64,000 nucleotides of DNA, from IMG/VR virus record IMGVR_UViG_3300037067_004728, positions 41,377-105,376 of that record; one strand, written 5' to 3'. Source of the DNA: a virus. Taxonomy: Duplodnaviria > Caudoviricetes. Shown here piece by piece: positions 54,079 through 64,000 of this stretch. The notes beneath the pieces are model-generated. The model searched no databases and had not been told where the DNA came from. It worked only from the letters and a program-made list of their open reading frames with translations. Position numbers and translations under genes: made by a program. Every line of letters starts with the position of its first letter. Positions within the stretch are counted from its first letter, which is position 1.

Positions 54079-55702
54079 TTGGAGGGTTAGGCCGTAGGGC
54101 GGGGTCATACCCGCCCTATCTTTTTTGCCAGTTTGTCCGATTGTCGGGGTCATACCTGGCGCTCCCGCGCATTCGTTATGACCCCGATGATAGTAATAAA
54201 CGGCCTGTATTCCCTCTGACGTTACAATCGGACCCTAGCCCCGTGGTTTTCCACGCTATCCCGTCGATTTTGCTTGACTAAGCAAAATGCCGATCTATGC
54301 TTGTATAGTGGAGGGCGGGAGTTTACAACACTAGCCTATTGTGGAGGGTGCTAAAATGGACCTAGTTTGTATCCGTTGTGGCAATGCGTTTGTGTCTAGT
54401 CGGTCCCATGATCTATGCCCCGATTGTCGCAAGAGGGAATCCCGCAAGCGCGCCTATCTGCGCAGAAAAGAGCGGGAATCCATTTTGCGGGATTGCGGGC
54501 TAGTCAAGGTTAGGGGCGCTCTTGGCGGGGTCTATTGGGAGTAGAAAAAATCTACTTGACAACCCGCAACCTTGACCTATGCTTGATATAGAAGGGGAGG
54601 GCGAAACAATGCTTTACCTGATTTTGATTTTCGCGTTTCTCTGGTTGTCGGGTTCACTTGACCGTTTACTCTAGGGGGTGTGCTATGCGATACCGCATTA
54701 TCAGCCGGGAGAATGTCGAAACCTCATACGATTTTGTCAACCTTACGATTGCGGGTTTCCGCTCTGCGCATGATGCTTGCCAAGTATGCCAGCGTATTGA
54801 CATACTGGCATACGTGATGGATACTTTCACGGGGCAAACCTTATACGAAAATTGGAAGGGGTAAACCATGCGAAAGCTACGGCAAGCTATCGTCAAGGTT
54901 TTGGCCGATCTAAAATCGGTCGAATATACCGATAAGGTTATCGGCCCCCTTGCCCATTGTGTCGCATACTTGGAAGGGTTGGCCGATCCAACAACGGAAC
55001 AAGAGCGGGAAAGCCTAGTTGTCGGGTTGCGGGATTGCGTCAACCAGTTTGATGATTTTGCCGAAATTGAGGAAGATAACGGCAATACCAATTCTGCCGA
55101 AGTTTTGCATCTTGCCCGTTGGGATGCTTTAATGGCCATTTACTTTTTTGACAGGTGAACCATGAAACTGGTCTGTAGCGGTTATACCGAAGAGCGCAGA
55201 AGCGCCCGTTTTAAGGGTTGGGCAAACGCCCTAGCTTCTCCCCGGTTTACAATCTTGCGGGCGGACGATACCCCCATTGTCGATTGCGATATGGGGACAA
55301 TGGCGATTACAACCTATACGGTTAGCTTGGAAGGGCACCCCGCCCGTACAATCAGCCGTAAAGACATACAACCTACCGCCCGGTTGTATTGTGACGCCCA
55401 ACGGTTGCGGAAAAGCATAGGGACCGCGCCCCTTATGCTTATCCGTCCTAACCGTTAGAATCGGGCCGAAAAGCAAAGAATCGGGAAAGATTTTTCCCGT
55501 ATTGCTTGACACCCGCCACCCCTAACGTATGATTAAATAGAAGGGGAGAGACAATGGGCGGAACAATTACAAGGTTGACGATTCTCCGACACCCGCTATT
55601 GATTGCGGGGTTGTTTGGGTGGCGGGTTGCGGTTATGGGTATCGTTCATCCCCACCCGATAACTTTCCTTGACCTCTTGCGGACAATGGGGAGGGTGTAG
55701 CA

Positions 55703-56056
55703 ATGCTTACGAAAACCGAAAGATACGCGATAGCAAACGCCGCAATCGCCAAGCTAGGGGCGCGTAGGGCAATGGAAGCATCCCGCCCGGTTTACCCGCC
55801 GATACCCAACCCGACGGGTTTTGACGGGGTGGACCTCTTGCCCGGTCGATACCCCCGTTATCGGGCGCGTATCCGATTTTGTGACGCCCTTAGTGGGCAG
55901 GATACCCGTATCACATTGGGCACCCGGTTTGATAGTGCCGAACAAGCGGGGTATGCTTACGCTGCCGCGCACGTAAAGCTATGGGGCGCGGTTAGCCGAT
56001 ACACCCGCGATATATCGCCGGATGAATTGCAAGCAATGATCGACGGGGGCCGATGA
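55703..56056 (+). CDS. AP2-domain DNA-binding protein
   Basis: GF.GV...RYRARI...LG..F.SAE.A..AY..A..KL.G. Confidence 0.75.
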   Translation: MLTKTERYAIANAAIAKLGARRAMEASRPVYPPIPNPTGFDGVDLLPGRYPRYRARIRFCDALSGQDTRITLGTRFDSAEQAGYAYAAAHVKLWGAVSRYTRDISPDELQAMIDGGR

Positions 56057-56340
56057 TTTTTATTTGACAATCACAATTCCCGATCTATGCTTAATATAGG
56101 AAGGGGATACAATCATGGCGACAACAAAACGATACGGGCGGAATGGTGGCGAGTATGCGGGCGGGTACTATCGCCGACAACCGGGCGGGTGGTGGTATCT
56201 ATGGGCCAACGTGGAAGATTACGCCAACGGCAAACCACGCGATACCGTCTTGTGTGGCCCCTTGCCGGTTGCGGAAGTAAGGGCACAACTAGCCCGCTAT
56301 GTGGCGGATAGGGCGGTAGAAGCATTGCAAGCGGGGCGGG

Positions 56341-56661
56341 TTGTCGGTTATGTTTTGGGTGCTAACAGACTGGGGGTGTAACATGGTTACAAGAGAAGGG
56401 GTTGCCGATAGTGTCGCGCGGGTGGTCAAGCTACTTGATAACCCCCGCCTTGCCCCTTGTCCCCGTAATTCGGTTGTGCGGGATGCAAGGGCTGCGCTGA
56501 TTGCGCAGATTTTTTGGGGTGATAGGGTTCTTGCCGCCTATAGGGATGGTATCGACCCTATGCCCTTTGCCGACGAAATGGCGAAAGCCTATCATCGGGG
56601 TCATGCCGCGCTTGACAAGTTTGTGGATTGTATCCGAAACAAGGATTGCAACGGGGTCTAA
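56341..56661 (+). CDS. hypothetical protein, paralog of 47482-47766
   Basis: AR..LI.QIFWG...LA..RDG. Confidence 0.55.
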   Translation: MSVMFWVLTDWGCNMVTREGVADSVARVVKLLDNPRLAPCPRNSVVRDARAALIAQIFWGDRVLAAYRDGIDPMPFADEMAKAYHRGHAALDKFVDCIRNKDCNGV

Positions 56662-56662
56662 C

Positions 56663-56971
56663 ATGGTCAATATGTTTTGTGAGGATTGCAACGGTTGCGA
56701 TCATTGTGAGTGTTGCACCGATTGCACGAATTGCATGAATTGCGGGTTTTCCTACAAGTCTACCCGTTGCGTCAAGTCGTCGCATGTTATCAGGTGTAAC
56801 GAGTGTGTCGATTGTGACGTTTGCGAGAATTGCAATCATTGCATCGGTTGTCACGATTGCAAGGATTGTGAGTATTGTATCGACTGCGGGGGTCTTGTCG
56901 GTCGTAAGTATTGCATCGGTGGTAGGCAATATACCGAAGCAGAGTTTTTTACCGTATTGGGCAGGGCATGA
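56663..56971 (+). CDS. CxxC-repeat cysteine-rich protein
   Basis: continuous CxxC repeats ending ..YCI..QYT..EF. Confidence 0.6.
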   Translation: MVNMFCEDCNGCDHCECCTDCTNCMNCGFSYKSTRCVKSSHVIRCNECVDCDVCENCNHCIGCHDCKDCEYCIDCGGLVGRKYCIGGRQYTEAEFFTVLGRA

Positions 56972-58575
56972 TAGACCCCGAAAAAACCGCCGAAAAAATC
57001 CTAGCTAGTTGTCAGTCTGATAGCGACATAGCACAAGAGCTAGGATTGTCGCCCGATGCTATAGCTATCATCCGCGCAGCGTATGACATTGGGCGGGATG
57101 ATGGCATGGTAGAAGAATCTAGCGGGTGGGGGCGATAGTGGCAAGCTACAAGCATAGCAACGGTCGGCTAGTCCATCGGCGGGGCGGTAGGTTTCGCGTA
57201 TCGACCCTTGCCGATATTGGCCTTGCCGTATGTTCTGTTTGCGGCAAGCTATATGCCCCTGATTTTAGCGACATAGCGGGTGTGGTCGATCCCCGCATTA
57301 TCAAGGATCGACAAACAACATGCCCGGATTGCCGAAAATGAAACGATACCTAATTTTGCTGGGGTGTGTATCCGCTATGGTGTGTAGTTGTGGGCTATTG
57401 TGGCAATACCCCATGTGGTGTAGTGTTGTATCATTCTGGTTAGGGGCGATATACGCCACCCTACAGTATGGGAGATAGTATGTCGTTTGTGGTAGTCAAT
57501 CTGTTATCTGCCCTGATTTACTTGCTTGTAGTGGGTGTACCGCTTTGTCTACTTGGAGGGGTGCTAGGGGCTATGATAGTCGGGCTGATTAAATCGCTAC
57601 GCTAGTTGCCCTTTGCTCGATTTAATGCCGGAAATGGCCGTTTTTATTTGCTCGGTTTTGCCGATTGTCGGGGTCGAATCGACCCGATTAAAGTGTAGTC
57701 AAAATGATGGCGCTATATTGTAGTCAATATGATACATCCAAACGGGTTATGGGTTCGCGTGTTCTGATAATGCGAATAATACCTTGTGTATGGATACGGA
57801 GGGTGCGGAGGATAGCAACAGTGGGGACGGCTGGTTGCTTGTTGGTGGTTATAACGGATGTGCGGTGTCTCGCTCCTCGCGCAATGGAGCAATGGAAAAA
57901 CCCTAAGAAATGTTAAAATCGTTAGACAAGCTACAATCCATACACTTATTACCACTGTTATAAACGCATATTGTTCTATTTATATGGATTATATGGGTCA
58001 AATACGGTTGTATCAAGCGTGTCGATTGTCGCAAGTGGGCTGATTGTCGGGGTCATACCGGGTCTAGGCGGAATATACGGTACAATACATACAAACATTC
58101 GTGACCCCGACAATCGTTATACATACTACATGCTTACATGCTTAGCATATTCGTTATAATAGTAATGATCGTTATAACAGTTACCTATGTATCTATGTAT
58201 GGATTGTAGTATGTATGCAGGTTGTGTGTAGTATGTGTGATGTAACATACATACAGACTACATGCAACATACTGGTTATAGGGGGTATAGTATATTTAAT
58301 AAATAAAATAAATATATTATTTATTCTAATAATACAGTATATGCCCTATATCATACATGGTGCGAGCGTGTCGGTTGTCGGGGTGGGGATGACTGGGAGG
58401 GTCAAATTGATTGTAGTGAGTCTGACGATTATAACGATTCCTCCGGCCGCTGTTCTGACTGGCGTAGTAGTCAAAAATAGGTCTCTAACGCGGCAATTCG
58501 CCAATTTTAAAGAAAATCGTCAATTTATGACGAGTTAAAAAGATATAACTGCTTATCCGCTAAGTAGTTATAGAT

Positions 58576-58971
58576 TTGAAATGCATAATTGAAACGCAAA
58601 AAGCTATTTATGCCTTTTTAATTTCGCCGAACGAATGCACACCCCCCGGACTTAACTTTACGTTTCAATTGACACAAACTACAGGCTGGTAAGGGTTTAA
58701 AGCAGGCTCTCACGCACACTTAGGGCAGATTGAAACTCAAATATATATTTCTCACGAGGAAAAGTTTTACTACGCGAGAGAAAATATATTTTTGTATATA
58801 AGGGAGATGTTTCCAGGGACAAAAGCATACATTTGCGTTTCAATTAGAAACCCGGCGTCCCAAGTCCAGGGCAGGTAGCTTGTTAGGAATTGAAACGCAA
58901 AGATAAAACCCTCATTTTGGCGAAATCGCGCCCTCAAAAACACAGGTATGCGTTTCAATTATGCATTTCAA
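58576..58971. repeat. block bounded by 23-bp perfect inverted repeats with internal AATTGAAACG copies
   Basis: ttgaaatgcataattgaaacgca at 58576-58598 and its reverse complement at 58949-58971. Confidence 0.8.
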
Positions 58972-59314
58972 TCACAGTCCCATACGTCCCTGTACGTTTG
59001 AGTTTTATTAAACGCGACCATATTTGAGGGCATGTTGCTTGTTCGGGAGTGACCTTATGATTATTCACTATCATTCCAAGCCGCTTGTATAAAGTGCTTA
59101 TGGCTATATTACCACATGCCTGATGATGCAGTTGATAGATAGTAGAGTACCGCTTCCCTGACAACTCGAAGAATTCAGGCACCACGGCCACTTCTGGCGG
59201 CAGGTCGCGTAATCGCTTCCGAAGAATATGAATGGTACTTACATAACAACGCGGATGCTCAAAAAGCTCCTGTGCATTTGCAAACTTCTGACCCCAGCAT
59301 ATAATCATACGCAA
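58955..59314 (-). CDS. small protein with two HTH-like repeats
   Basis: G..F....EL...IHILRKRLR and G..Y....QL...ISTLYKRL. Confidence 0.45.
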   Translation of the reverse strand: MRMIICWGQKFANAQELFEHPRCYVSTIHILRKRLRDLPPEVAVVPEFFELSGKRYSTIYQLHHQACGNIAISTLYKRLGMIVNNHKVTPEQATCPQIWSRLIKLKRTGTYGTVIEMHN

Positions 59315-59523
59315 CTCCTATAACTTTTGAAGTTGATACCATCCATGAATAATTCAAGCCAGTTATCCGCATAAACCCTGACTTCATAAGAATGCCCATC
59401 TGGCTCAACACACCGATAAATTATAGTCAAATATTCCATAATAAATTTACCCAATCTATAATATGAGTGTAAATATAAAGCATACCAGCGGCTAGTACCA
59501 TGATCCAAAAAAGACAAATCAAA

Positions 59524-59979
59524 TCATCTAATAGCTTCATATTCTATAATCTCCACTCGCTCTATCACATCACCTTGTTTAATAGCATTAACTACATTCA
59601 TACCTTCAATAACCTGACCAAAAACACTATGTTTACCATTAAGCCAAGGACAGTTGCAGTGGCAGATGAAAAACTGGCTTGAAGACGTATTTGGTCCGCT
59701 ATTCGCCATCGACAAACAACCAGCAGTATGCAGGAGGCGAGGGTCAAATTCGTCTGGTATGAGGTAGCCCGCACTTCCGAACCCCGTTCCTAGCGGGCAG
59801 CCGGTTTGAATCATAAAATCAGCAATTACTCTATGAAATTTCAAGCCATCATAAAAGCCTGCGTTGACAAGATTCTCGAAATTTGCTACTGTATTAGGCA
59901 CAAGTGGTGATAGTGCTGCTACTATAATCCCTCGATTTGTTGTAATAATTACTGTATCAAGCCCCATGAGCGTAAACAC
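59524..59979 (-). CDS. cyclophilin-type peptidyl-prolyl isomerase
   Basis: FYDGLKFHRVI..FMIQ.G, LSMANSGPNT..SQFFI, HSVFGQV. Confidence 0.95.
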   Translation of the reverse strand: MFTLMGLDTVIITTNRGIIVAALSPLVPNTVANFENLVNAGFYDGLKFHRVIADFMIQTGCPLGTGFGSAGYLIPDEFDPRLLHTAGCLSMANSGPNTSSSQFFICHCNCPWLNGKHSVFGQVIEGMNVVNAIKQGDVIERVEIIEYEAIR

Positions 59980-60099
59980 CTTTCCATATATTCAGGGAAT
60001 CGTTGATCTTCGACTGTGGAATCATCAGGCAACAAGCCCGTGGCTAACCAATGAAGATACTGTTCATGTGTTAGCTTCCATCCAGCAAGCTGTTCGAGT

Positions 60100-60369
60100 T
60101 CATGTTTTGTCATTGAAATACCGATAATAGATGGCCTGCCCGACCCAAACCGTGTTGGCTGTTACCACACCGAGTCCACCAACTAGACTCCACCACGCAT
60201 TCACATAAGGGTAAAAGTACAAATTCCAGAACCCCCAGGCGTTAAAAAAGATCATTGGCAGGAGGCTAACGCCCTTCAACTCTTTGTCAAGGTAGAGTTG
60301 CCAACAATTTTTAGCAATGACAACCCCGCCCAGAAGTTCAAATCCACCGTTGATTATATCAGGTAACAT
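60100..60369 (-). CDS. PQ-loop/SemiSWEET-like 3-TM membrane protein
   Basis: three hydrophobic segments with Q.Y..K...GVS motif. Confidence 0.5.
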   Translation of the reverse strand: MLPDIINGGFELLGGVVIAKNCWQLYLDKELKGVSLLPMIFFNAWGFWNLYFYPYVNAWWSLVGGLGVVTANTVWVGQAIYYRYFNDKT

Positions 60370-60778
60370 TCATCACCCTCTCTGTATATTTCCAAGCAAA
60401 CGGCACCCACAGCACCCAATATCCTGCATCATGCAATTTTGATACCATTTGCTGGCCTGCCGCTTTATTGAGGGTATGCACAATGATTTTATCAATCTTT
60501 GGTTTGTGTTCAATAATCCAGCGCACAACCTCCATGCCTGTATCAGGATCGGCAGAATTCGCGGCCTCTTTCCCACCGAGGTCGTGATCTAAGAAAACCC
60601 AATCCCACTTAACCCAACCCAGATTCTCGCCGTCGGATAAAAAGTTAATACAATCAACAGCCGTAGCCACAGTAATCGCCGACGGTACTGCCGACCGGAA
60701 TACTTTTGTTCGTTCAGGACAATCATCTAGGAACAGAATACTCATTTTATCTCGCTCTATGCTTTTGCACCGTCGCAA
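60359..60778 (-). CDS. cyclic-phosphate-processing receiver-like domain protein
   Basis: ILFLDD..R, FLDHDLG, TG..V..WI, VHT.N. Confidence 0.7.
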   Translation of the reverse strand: MRRCKSIERDKMSILFLDDCPERTKVFRSAVPSAITVATAVDCINFLSDGENLGWVKWDWVFLDHDLGGKEAANSADPDTGMEVVRWIIEHKPKIDKIIVHTLNKAAGQQMVSKLHDAGYWVLWVPFAWKYTERVMNVT

Positions 60779-60993
60779 TTTTTGGAATCATTCGGACCAA
60801 CCGTATTGAACCGATTTCATTGGCCAACCACCTTGGACTTGCCCGCAGTCAAGACAGATAACCAATTCAATTTCACCTTCGCCTTCCACATTTGTCCCGA
60901 TAAGACGAGTAGCCCCAGTACCTTTAATGTAGGCTAATTTATCAGATTGGCAAGATTGACATTTAGAAGGCAAGTTTGTTGTAGTGGGGAGGG

Positions 60994-61440
60994 TTAATTG
61001 CATACTTTGTTCCTTACAATATTACGCAAATCATACGTAGCAAATTTTCGGATATTTTTTGGATTCACAGGCCCGGTTAGAAAATCAAATGGCTTAGCAT
61101 GGTGTCCAAAATACGGGCAATCTAAATCATGTGTTAAATGTAAAGTATCGTCAGGGTGATTATGTGTATATTGACAATATGCTGATATGCTTGGATCAAA
61201 TTTTAGCTTTAAACCGACTAACCGGATGCTTTGATGTTGACTACCTAATGCAACTAACATGCCAATCAGTTCTAATCCATGTAAAGGACGGGGCCAAATC
61301 CAAATAGCCCCAGGCCGGATTAGTTCACCAATGGTATCACGAAACCTCTCATAATAGTGTGAAGCTACAGAATGTGGTAGCAGGCCACTTATCCGTATTT
61401 CGCGCCATTGTTTTAAGGTTGTGTAGTGATACCCTAACAT
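60994..61440 (-). CDS. ADP-ribosyltransferase/Tpt1-like fold protein
   Basis: YHYT....W..I...GL.P N-terminus, V.PKNI C-terminus. Confidence 0.4.
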   Translation of the reverse strand: MLGYHYTTLKQWREIRISGLLPHSVASHYYERFRDTIGELIRPGAIWIWPRPLHGLELIGMLVALGSQHQSIRLVGLKLKFDPSISAYCQYTHNHPDDTLHLTHDLDCPYFGHHAKPFDFLTGPVNPKNIRKFATYDLRNIVRNKVCN

Positions 61441-61566
61441 ACGTAATTCACTTTTAAAACTTCGAGGGCTGCCATTACATCATTAAAAGCCAATTGCGCT
61501 GACTCTTGAGCCGTGTTGGTATCCTCTATGGTCCCCTCAGTCGCGCCCTCAAGAATGTCGAACAAG

Positions 61567-62277
61567 TTATCGAGACGTTTTTGTACTTCTGTTTTTACGC
61601 GAACTAACATATTTTACTCCTAACCCTAGAAAATAAAGTAATGAGAGACAACCAGCCAGCCATAACATACTACATGGGTCTGGCGGGGTCAAAACTGCTG
61701 AGATAGCAACAATAGTAAAGATAGCCTGACGCCAGTATCCCGCCCAATTGATAGGTAAAACAAGCATGACTAATGGCAATTGAAATCCAATACCAAAACA
61801 AATTGGTAAAAGAACCGCAAAATTCAGCCATGCTGACACTTGTGGCTGAATATCTACGCCTAAAGTTTTATTATACCCAAGTAGAAAGTTCAATATTGGC
61901 TCAAAAACTTGCAAAGCTACAATGTTACCCAATACAAACAAGCAAAGACTAGCAGGCAGCCAGCGAATAAGCCGTCGTTCATGCGGGTATAGCCCCTCTG
62001 CAATGAATTTCCAGACTTGATAGAATATCCAAGGACTTGCAATTATTGTACCGAGGGTTAAAGCCGCCCGTAAATACAAATCAAATGCTTCTGTGACCGT
62101 AAAACTTGTTAAATGCGTAGAAAAGCCATTAGCAGACAGGGCTTTGACAAGTGGTTGCTGTAGTAATTTAACAACGGGCGTTGCAATAACACAACCGACA
62201 ACAATTCCGACTACCCATCCCAAGAGGGAGAGGATCAATCGTCGTCGTAGCTCAATAAGATGGTCCCAGAATGTCAA
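61567..62277 (-). CDS. tatC: twin-arginine translocase TatC
   Basis: MTFWDHL.ELR.RL, YQVW.FI..GLYPHERR, FQLPLV, SAVLTPPDP.SM. Confidence 0.93.
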   Translation of the reverse strand: MTFWDHLIELRRRLILSLLGWVVGIVVGCVIATPVVKLLQQPLVKALSANGFSTHLTSFTVTEAFDLYLRAALTLGTIIASPWIFYQVWKFIAEGLYPHERRLIRWLPASLCLFVLGNIVALQVFEPILNFLLGYNKTLGVDIQPQVSAWLNFAVLLPICFGIGFQLPLVMLVLPINWAGYWRQAIFTIVAISAVLTPPDPCSMLWLAGCLSLLYFLGLGVKYVSSRKNRSTKTSR

Positions 62278-63436
62278 TGTCTGTACTCCACATGCTTAAC
62301 ATGCTTATAAAATTCGCTCCAACCTTGACTGTTGCGTACTTCATGCTTATCGTGTAATATCAATACTGCAACAATTGGCCATACCATAAGAGCGATTGGC
62401 GTTAGACACCATTCTGTTGGGTTGTAACATAACATCGCATCGACTTTTAAAGTAATCAATGCTCCTATAATCCAACTGACTAATAACACTAGACCCATTA
62501 TTAACATTTATTTATCTCCAAAAAAGAATCATTGACAGTGATAGGCCGTTCAATAAGTTTATAAATGGCGACAACAACATTTGTAGCGCCTACTTTAAGT
62601 AACCAACGAACATACTCATCACAACCATCTTTAGTGGCTCGATATGCTGTATGTCGGCTCACGGTTCCCATTAAATCTCGCATTGACGATATACGATAAA
62701 GTAGTTCACTCGATTGATTTTCCAAAGATTGCTCCAATACCATCTGAAAGTCCTAATATCGGTTGGTCCACATCGAATGTTACTACGGTGTCAACAGTCA
62801 TCTTGCGACCAATTTTTTCTTCAAATTGATCCACCCGCCCGTGGTCATTGACCGTACAAATCAGTTTGTCACCCGGCTCTAAATTAACTGTGTGACTAAG
62901 TTTATTTCTAGTCCGTTCCTTCATCGTATTCCTTCATCCTGTCTTTAATGTCACGAAGATTATTCATATTCAAAGCAATTATGCCGATAAGTTCATCGAG
63001 CATACGTTCATTATCTGTTTAAAGGTCTCTAAGCCTTTTTCATGGGCAGCCATGAGTGTGGCATGAATACGTTTACCTTCTTCAATATTTGATATTAAGG
63101 CATCGTGAATAATCTTCAAAGATGCTCTATCATTTTTAATCACGCCACGACTAACAGCATCAACTAAAATTTCAAGTTCTCGGTCCATTTATTCCCCTAA
63201 TGATCCTGTATAAACAACGGGTGATTCTTTGGTAGGAACCGCATCAATAAATCGAATAGCTTTCCAATGAGGCCAGCCATCATAGCCGCCAGACACATAT
63301 ACATACTCAATCGTTGCAAATTCAAGCCAGCGAATTGACTCTTCTCCACAATCATTGTATAACCAGCGTGGAACGAAAAGAAACTTTCGCGTTACTTTCA
63401 TATCACCGCAACACGGACCTTTGCAAAAAATAATTC

Positions 63437-63817
63437 TCATTTGACACCCTTAATAGTAGCATTATGATCTAGTAATTTTTGTTTGACCCATACTTCATCG
63501 GCATGATGCCAAGCACCACATGAACAGGGTCCAATTAGCATATCGCAATGTTCATTGCAGGCGTTATAATGGTAGTCTAACCAGTCCTCTGGCCAAGCTA
63601 ATAACCCATTATTTGCAACTTGTAATGTAGTTACATACTTAGGCCGTAGATGCTGCGCCCAAGCCTCTAAAATCGCTTCTGTAGGATCGTTCGCTTGAAC
63701 AACAATATCATCAAAGTAACACCACCAATATCCAAGCCCAGCTTTATTACTTAATCGTATCTGACCTGGATAAGCACGAAGAGTTGCAATAGCTAATTCA
63801 TCTTTAGTGACACTCAT
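63437..63817 (-). CDS. protein sharing the CDMLxGPCxCG domain with 6195-6731
   Basis: CDMLIGPCSCGAWH...WVKQKL. Confidence 0.55.
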   Translation of the reverse strand: MSVTKDELAIATLRAYPGQIRLSNKAGLGYWWCYFDDIVVQANDPTEAILEAWAQHLRPKYVTTLQVANNGLLAWPEDWLDYHYNACNEHCDMLIGPCSCGAWHHADEVWVKQKLLDHNATIKGVK

Positions 63818-64000
63818 TTAAAAACCTTTCAATTTTTCGCTTTAACTCATCTTCTTCGGGGTAAAGATGGTCAGAACAATCATTTTTATCGACAAAAAGC
63901 AAAAGATTATAAACAATAGTCGCCTCTTGTTGACTAAGAATTATAATCGGACTGCCATCAATATCGGTACTAGGCATGATTAGAAATCATTAAAGGTTTC

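Noticed and set aside
57704-58538. ORFs in the low-complexity zone
   Set aside because: Biased composition, no RBS or motifs; probably non-coding.
58576-58971. CRISPR array suggested by ATTGAAAC/GTTTCAAT ends
   Set aside because: Copies are about 10-14 bp, in mixed orientation and irregularly spaced; there is no repeat-spacer periodicity and no cas gene in the window.
1-64000. Alternative genetic code or stop-codon recoding
   Set aside because: Known genes are full-length under the standard code and no suppressor tRNA was seen.

Overview
This window is part of a large, apparently lytic dsDNA bacteriophage genome. Small genes are densely packed on the + strand to about 57.6 kb, followed by a roughly 1.3 kb non-coding convergence zone and then - strand genes. 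There are many sigma70-type promoters and no structural or replication core genes. Host-derived genes (TatA, TatC, a GumC-like protein) suggest a Planctomycetota-like host, which is an inference. Recognisable content: 7 tRNAs, a tmRNA, Ro60/TROVE, an RNA ligase, DeoC, Dam and two degenerate methyltransferases, several peptidases, vWA, HNH, a sugar transferase, a cyclophilin, and four Zn-ribbon amidoligase paralogs with a class II glutamine amidotransferase. The strongest novel signal is a promoter-driven tandem array of three ~60-nt Y RNAs directly upstream of Ro60. They have vertebrate-Y-like Ro-binding stems, and two display anticodon-like stem-loops. Also notable are a phage TatA+TatC pair, several unannotated structured ncRNA candidates, a ~20-copy intergenic TTRTCGGGGTCA motif, a 7-gene tandem 'GGPP' paralog array, a perfect 51-bp palindrome and an inverted-repeat/iteron block. 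All calls are by eye; no database search or folding program was run.
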